Shown here: in pieces, positions 58,701 to 62,168 of the stretch | How the letters are laid out: the number at the start of each line of letters is the position of its first letter | How positions within the stretch are numbered: the stretch's first letter is position 1 | Assembly (NCBI RefSeq): GCF_046119375.1 | Contig: NW_027367086.1 | Span: 1-62,168, forward strand | Direction: 5' to 3' | Length of the DNA stretch: 62,168 nt | DNA from: Phyllobates terribilis | Lineage: Eukaryota | Made by a program: the position numbers and the translations under genes | Notes under the pieces: generated by a model | What the model saw: the letters and a program-made list of their open reading frames with translations, nothing else | The model's database searches: none | What the model was told of the DNA's origin: nothing

Positions 58701-60803
58701 AATATTGTCAAGTTACTCGCTGAAAAGCAGAATTTAGACCTTAAAGATTTTGAAGTTGAAGCAAATGCAAATCCAACTAAAGAGGTGTCAACACAAGAGA
58801 AATGTGTCGGAGAATCTCCAACTGAAGAAGTTTGCAGGAAGATACTCATAAAAAAGATAATCAATCTGCAAGAAGTTCTGAAGTAGATCACATGTTGCAA
58901 AGAAAGAATGCAATTTCAAATGAACATGCACCACCTAATTCGACTAATTTAGAGGTAATAAGTAGAACCTCTTTTATAAATTATTGTTGTGCATTTATTT
59001 CTTAATATTTATATATTTAATTGGCACAGGGAAAATGGGATAAGTGTCAATTATTTTTTCCAGACCTTAAATGTCGAGTGACCACTGGAAGCGTGTTTAT
59101 CCCTTCTTCAAACTCACAAATCTCTCTCCACTGTAAGCCTCTTTCATCTGATCATATGAAAGTTATTATAGATGTATATGGGAATCTCCATTCTTCATTA
59201 CCACTGCCATGCCCAATCGACGAAGTATCAATAGTGAAAGAGGCAGTAGGCATTCCTATTGCATGGCCAAAGAAACTAATTCTCCCTTATAAGGTATATA
59301 CATAGTTGTTGGATATTTGATATAGTCTGTTTATATCTATTGTTATTTTATAACGAGTGGCTCACTTGCTTATTGTATATATGCACAAAAATACTTCTTC
59401 TTAGGTATCAATACCACCAAATAAGGTGAGCGATCCAGTTATGAACATCTCCAAAAAACTGTACCTGAGCACCATGCTAAAGAGAAGCAACAAAACCAAC
59501 CATTACTCAAATCTATGAGAAAAATGACAAAGCTCATTGAGGTTTTGGATCCTCATAAGATTATAGCTTCTATTGTGACGCCTAAAGAAATTTTGGGTTA
59601 TGGTCATAACCTCTCAATCTGGAAAGAGAGCATTGAAACATGGTTAAATAAAGCTACGATAGAGGCTTTGCATATTTCAATATACATGAAGTAAGTTTAT
59701 GTGTTTCTTTCTAAATGTCCTTTATATAATGTGATATATTAACTTTATTATTTCACTAACATGTTCTTGTTTGAGAAAAGATGTCCAAAGAATTTAGATC
59801 TGTTTAGCTTTTTATGTCCACAATGGACAGCTGCGAGCTCTGAAACTGGCGTGACATTAAAAGAGAGAGCACAATATGTTCATACTTTTATGATTGGGCA
59901 AAAGGATCGTTGAAAGTTATATCTCTTACCTTACAATAACAAGTAAGTAGCACATTATATAAATACTATTTAATTTAATTTAATTTTATATCATCCCTAT
60001 AATTATTAATATGTATGTCATCATATAATATTGTAGTGACCATTGGACTTTAGTTGTTGTTTATCCTCGAGAAAGTATTGTCTACTTGTTGGATCCGTTA
60101 CATGGAAATGTAACCGAGGACTGTAAGCAACTTAGTGACATGGAAGTGCATATTTGAATTATTGTTATTATTACATGTATTGGCCTTTTTGTGATATTAT
60201 CATGTATTAGGAAAACTTCATTAACTAAATATTTTTTTAAATCTTAGGTCCTTCAGTATGTTTCATCAGCAGTTGAAGGAAAACAAATTGCAAAAGAAAA
60301 CGCAATGATTGCGTATAAAGGTCAGTTTCTAAATTAAAACGGTTTATAGTTATGTTTATATACTTGATTTATGTACATTAATTCTATATATGTTTTTTGT
60401 GCATCTTAATTAGTGTCCTCGACAACCCACTTCTACTGATTGTGGGTATTATGTATTGAGATATATGTGAGATATTGTTGAACAGAGAAGTATAAGCATC
60501 CCTCTTGAGGTACGTTGATGCTTTATATAGTATTTGAAAATCAATTAGTTACATTTTCAATTGCTAGCTAGCTGAAGTCAACACGTAATTTAAACTCTCC
60601 AGTATTTTGGTGGTTCTTCGCAAGCTTATACATCCAACCAACTTGATCTATTGAGAGAGGAATGGGTAGAGTTCGTTGAGAATTACCTTGATTGGTACGT
60701 GAGTGATCTTCGTTGAGCATTATCTTTTATATATTAATTTGCTATTGATATGTACATATAGATTTATCCATTTGCTTGCTTTATTTCTTTCTTTTGCAGG
60801 TAG
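55710..60803 (+). pseudogene. CACTA second gene (TnpA/Ptta-like) with C-terminal ULP1-like C48 peptidase domain
   Basis: Exons read ..RLRVPISYQSWK, FREFKCRL, H..SRKGY, R.ELWKRAR, DALSMAL..DDHPGRV.GVG.GV, then DHWTLVVV..VYLLDPL and CPRQPTSTDCGYYVLRYM (His/Asp/Gln/Cys pattern). Stops present. Confidence 0.75.
57050..58430. repeat. Tandem array of ~180-205-bp units plus TTCTGAACTATAT sub-repeats in a CACTA intron
   Basis: TTCGTGCCCAATCATACTGCGTAGACAATAATTCAGGAAGGAACCAGAACCTGAATTGTAGCCACACCGG.. starts at ~57183, 57389, 57571, 57761 (partial) and ~58110. Confidence 0.9.
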
Positions 60804-61419
60804 AACGATGTCAATTAGTAGAGTAGCGTATGACAAAAAGATAGCTAGCTAGTTTTAATATTGATGTAGCTTTTTTGTTCTAAACACACACAAAAAATTA
60901 GTTGCTTGTGTTAAGGATCAAACATTTCATATTATTCAAATTAATATATTTTAGTTATTGTTTCATATGTGGCTTAAATTTAATTTTTATTTCTATTAAT
61001 TAAATAATTCGTTGTTGGAATATGTATAATTATAAATTAATATTAAGTTGGAAATATGGATGATGTTAGACAATAGTTAAATTACTCGTTGTCAATCTAC
61101 CTAAATAATACTAAAGGAACAGACATAAATAGCCTAAAATTCGTCCTCGTCACGTGTCGCTCTCACAGTTAAAGTTGAGAAAATTGTCAGATGTCATTCA
61201 TACAGACAACCTACAAACAGGCGGGACCCATTTAATGTATAATATTTTATTACGAGATTATAGAGCCATTATTTCATTCTTAAACGAGAAAATGACCTAA
61301 ATGCATTCAGACCTAAATCAGAAAAATAAACCAATTATAAAGAGCTGCTACCTACACCTTTTAAAAACTGCCAAAATTTGTCCATAATCTGCCCCAAGAA
61401 ATAAGCGACTAAACCAAAT

Positions 61420-62168
61420 AAATCAAGCAAAATATATAAAATTGCCTTATTACAATTTCCTGAACTCAAATAAACTCCATAATCTACCAACGAAAATAAA
61501 GGAAAAACCAATAAATTAGACCAATATCTTTAATTGCCCATTTCATACATGTCTTCAATCATAGAATCTGCACAAATAAAATTAATACAATGTTAGAATA
61601 TGGCAGTTTCTTTATTTTGAATATACCTTCACCAATTTCGGTATGTGAATCAGCCCATATTACAATTCAATCATAATATTTCACTATCAAAAGGAAACCC
61701 TAAAATCAAGACTTAAACTATATAAATAACGTAAATCAAGCAAAATTTATAAAATTGTCTTATAACAATTTCCTGAACTCAAATAAACTCCACAATCTAC
61801 CAACAAAAATAAAAGAAAAACCAATAAATCAGGCCAATATCTTTAATTGCCCATTTCATACATGTCTTCAATCATAGAATCTGCACAAATAAAATTAATA
61901 CAATGTTAGAATATGGCAGTTTCTTTATTTTGAATATATCTTCACCAATTTCGGTATGTGAATCAGCGCATATTACAATTCAATCATAATATTTCACTAT
62001 CAAAAGAAAAACCTAAAATCAAGACTTAAACTATATAAATAACGTAAATCAAGCAAAATATATAAAATTGCCTTATTACAATTTCCTAAACTCAAATAAA
62101 CTCCATAGTCTACCAACGAAAATAAATGAAAACCAATAAATCAGGCCAATATCTTTAATTGCCCATTT
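61420..62168. repeat. 313-bp tandem repeat, ~2.4 copies to window end
   Basis: AAATCAAGCAAAAT.TATAAAATTG.CTTAT.ACAATTTCCT.AACTCAAATAAACTCC at 61420, 61733 and 62046. Confidence 0.92.

Larger units (their letters stand above)
50222..60803 (+). mobile_element. CACTA (En/Spm) transposon; 3' terminus not found in window
   Basis: Starts CACTAGTACAAAA after TAA. Subterminal (A)CAACGGTT/AACCGTTGT repeats at ~50255-50485. Tnp2 and second ORF inside. Confidence 0.9.

Noticed and set aside
60803-61400. 3' terminus of the CACTA
   Set aside because: No TAGTG-ended TIR followed by TAA, and no AACCGTTGT subterminal repeats seen.
1-62168. tRNA, rRNA or snoRNA genes
   Set aside because: None recognised by eye; the only tRNA-related sequence is the 12-nt PBS. 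A tRNAscan/Rfam run would be needed to exclude them.

Overview
Plant (angiosperm) nuclear genomic window. Four apparently intact, intron-containing host genes lie at ~18.7-35.1 kb: a TGA bZIP factor (+), a plastid-type J-domain protein (+), shikimate kinase (-) and UTP21/WDR36 (-). They are flanked by nested transposons. Left: a LINE RT fragment, cut by an old Sirevirus-like Copia that carries a 2.8-kb Gypsy-type solo LTR, then a complete ~8.9-kb Mutator-like element (MULE-1). MULE-1 has a Plant Mobile Domain (PMD) gene and a divergently transcribed FAR1/MULE/SWIM transposase ending in an OTU-like domain. Right: a related MULE-2 with convergent PMD and transposase-OTU remnants, then an old Sirevirus LTR hit by two insertions 43 bp apart, a very young gag-only Copia (near-identical LTRs, CAGCG TSD) and a CACTA with a ULP1-like domain. 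The strongest novelty candidate is the PMD-MULE pair. Each has its own short repeated DNA motif and a Tyr-spaced low-complexity PMD N-terminus. MULE-2 also keeps an apparently intact, spliced, TATA-preceded 161-aa orphan gene while its other genes are decayed, reminiscent of VANDAL/VANC anti-silencing. All calls are from manual reading; no searches were run, and motif counts and approximate ends are by eye.
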